Assembly (NCBI RefSeq): GCF_048593235.1
Contig: NC_133617.1
Span: 62,395,767-62,459,766, forward strand
Origin: Sminthopsis crassicaudata
Taxonomy: Eukaryota
Length of the DNA stretch: 64,000 nucleotides
Direction of reading: 5' to 3'
Every line of letters begins with the position of its first letter. Positions within the stretch are counted from its first letter, which is position 1. The notes below the pieces were generated by a model that saw only the letters and a program-made list of their open reading frames with translations, was not told the DNA's origin and made no database searches. Made by a program: the position numbers and the translations under genes. Of this stretch, positions 63,017-64,000 are shown in pieces.

Positions 63017-64000
63017 AAAGTAGTGTGGTTTGTTTCTTAGAGGACAGAATGGAGAAGAAAAATGAAGGCTAGAAAGTTAGGTTATAACCTAAACTCCCAG
63101 AGACCCTATGTGGTGAGTAGGAAAGTTTGCGGTTTTTTTCCATAGGCATAGGAGAGAGCCACTTTAGGGTATTGCAAATAGGGGACTATCATGGTAGAGT
63201 AAATCACTAGACATTGGGTGAAGGATAGACTCAAAGCAGGGAGATTGGTTGAGGCTTGCCAGTTATAATGGTTAGTGTAAGAACCTGGGGGCAGAAATTG
63301 GAAGAAAATGGAAAGACACAGATACCTGCTGTTTGGGCATAGTCATTTGCATGTTGTCTGTCTCATTAGATTACAAGCTTCTTAAGGAAAAGGCTCAGCT
63401 ATTACTTTTTGTGTGTGCTTAGCATATGTCTGGCATGCCTTTTAATACTTGTTTTATTGCCTGGCAACAGCCTTAGTGGTAATCAGTAACAGAGCTTCAA
63501 GTTACTATTAATAGAAAATAAATTTACCTGCTTCTCCAGATGTGAATATCTGGTTGTCCATACAAATTAGTTTAATAGTAAACCCATAAGACTGTTATGA
63601 TTGAAATTCTCATGTGTTTCTGTCCCATGGACCAGGGCTCGGCTGCTGAGACATCTGACATCTACACAAAACATAAATCTGGAAGAAAATAGTACTCTTG
63701 GAAAATGTAAATGTTTTTAAAGTTTGTGAGCAGGATTGGATTCATGGGGTTTTACCTAGCATACTAGTTCATTTAAAATTTACCTTGTTCCTTTCTCTCC
63801 TGCTTGAGAATTTATTTCTTGTGTAAATATGAAGGATATTCCATTTTCAAACATGCTTTTTTTTCATTGCCCCCAAACCTTGAGATCGCTTTATTGTTAT
63901 TTTTAAGGCTCTCTCAAGGGTCCCATTAATAAATACAAATGCTAATCTTATAAAATCAAAGCATGTTGGTACTTAAAGAGATCTTAAGATATAGAACACA

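Noticed and set aside
60550-64000. Search for BORCS8 exon 3 (ADMQRWEEQSQGAIYTVEYAC)
   Set aside because: Not found; presumably beyond the window end

Overview
Vertebrate genomic DNA from a marsupial, most likely a dasyurid: it carries WSINE1, MAR1 and WALLSI-type SINEs, an OC1 MITE and dasyurid-type L1 3' ends (species assignment is inference). The gene order matches the human 19p13.11 block. NCAN (- strand) contributes non-coding exon 1 at about 12019-12385 and its first coding exon at 1529-1601. About 35 kb of repeat-rich intergenic DNA follows. NR2C2AP (+; 5 coding exons, 49006-50146, 141 aa) has an AT-AC minor-spliceosome last intron. RFXANK (-; 8 coding exons, 58240-51300, 263 aa) lies tail-to-tail with NR2C2AP. 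BORCS8 (+; exons 1-2 only) lies head-to-head with RFXANK. All exon boundaries were read by hand and the reading frames close. There are two assembly gaps. Most notable observations: an LTR+tRNA-Lys PBS+48 nt leader unit bounded by TG..CA and a perfect 6-bp TSD in NCAN intron 1; the U12 intron; an OC1 hAT MITE with a perfect 8-bp TSD next to a Tigger1 end; nested LTR insertions; an orphan CpG island with a CTCF motif convergent on one at the NCAN promoter; and an NCAN uORF. Gene and repeat family names come from recalled sequences, not database searches.
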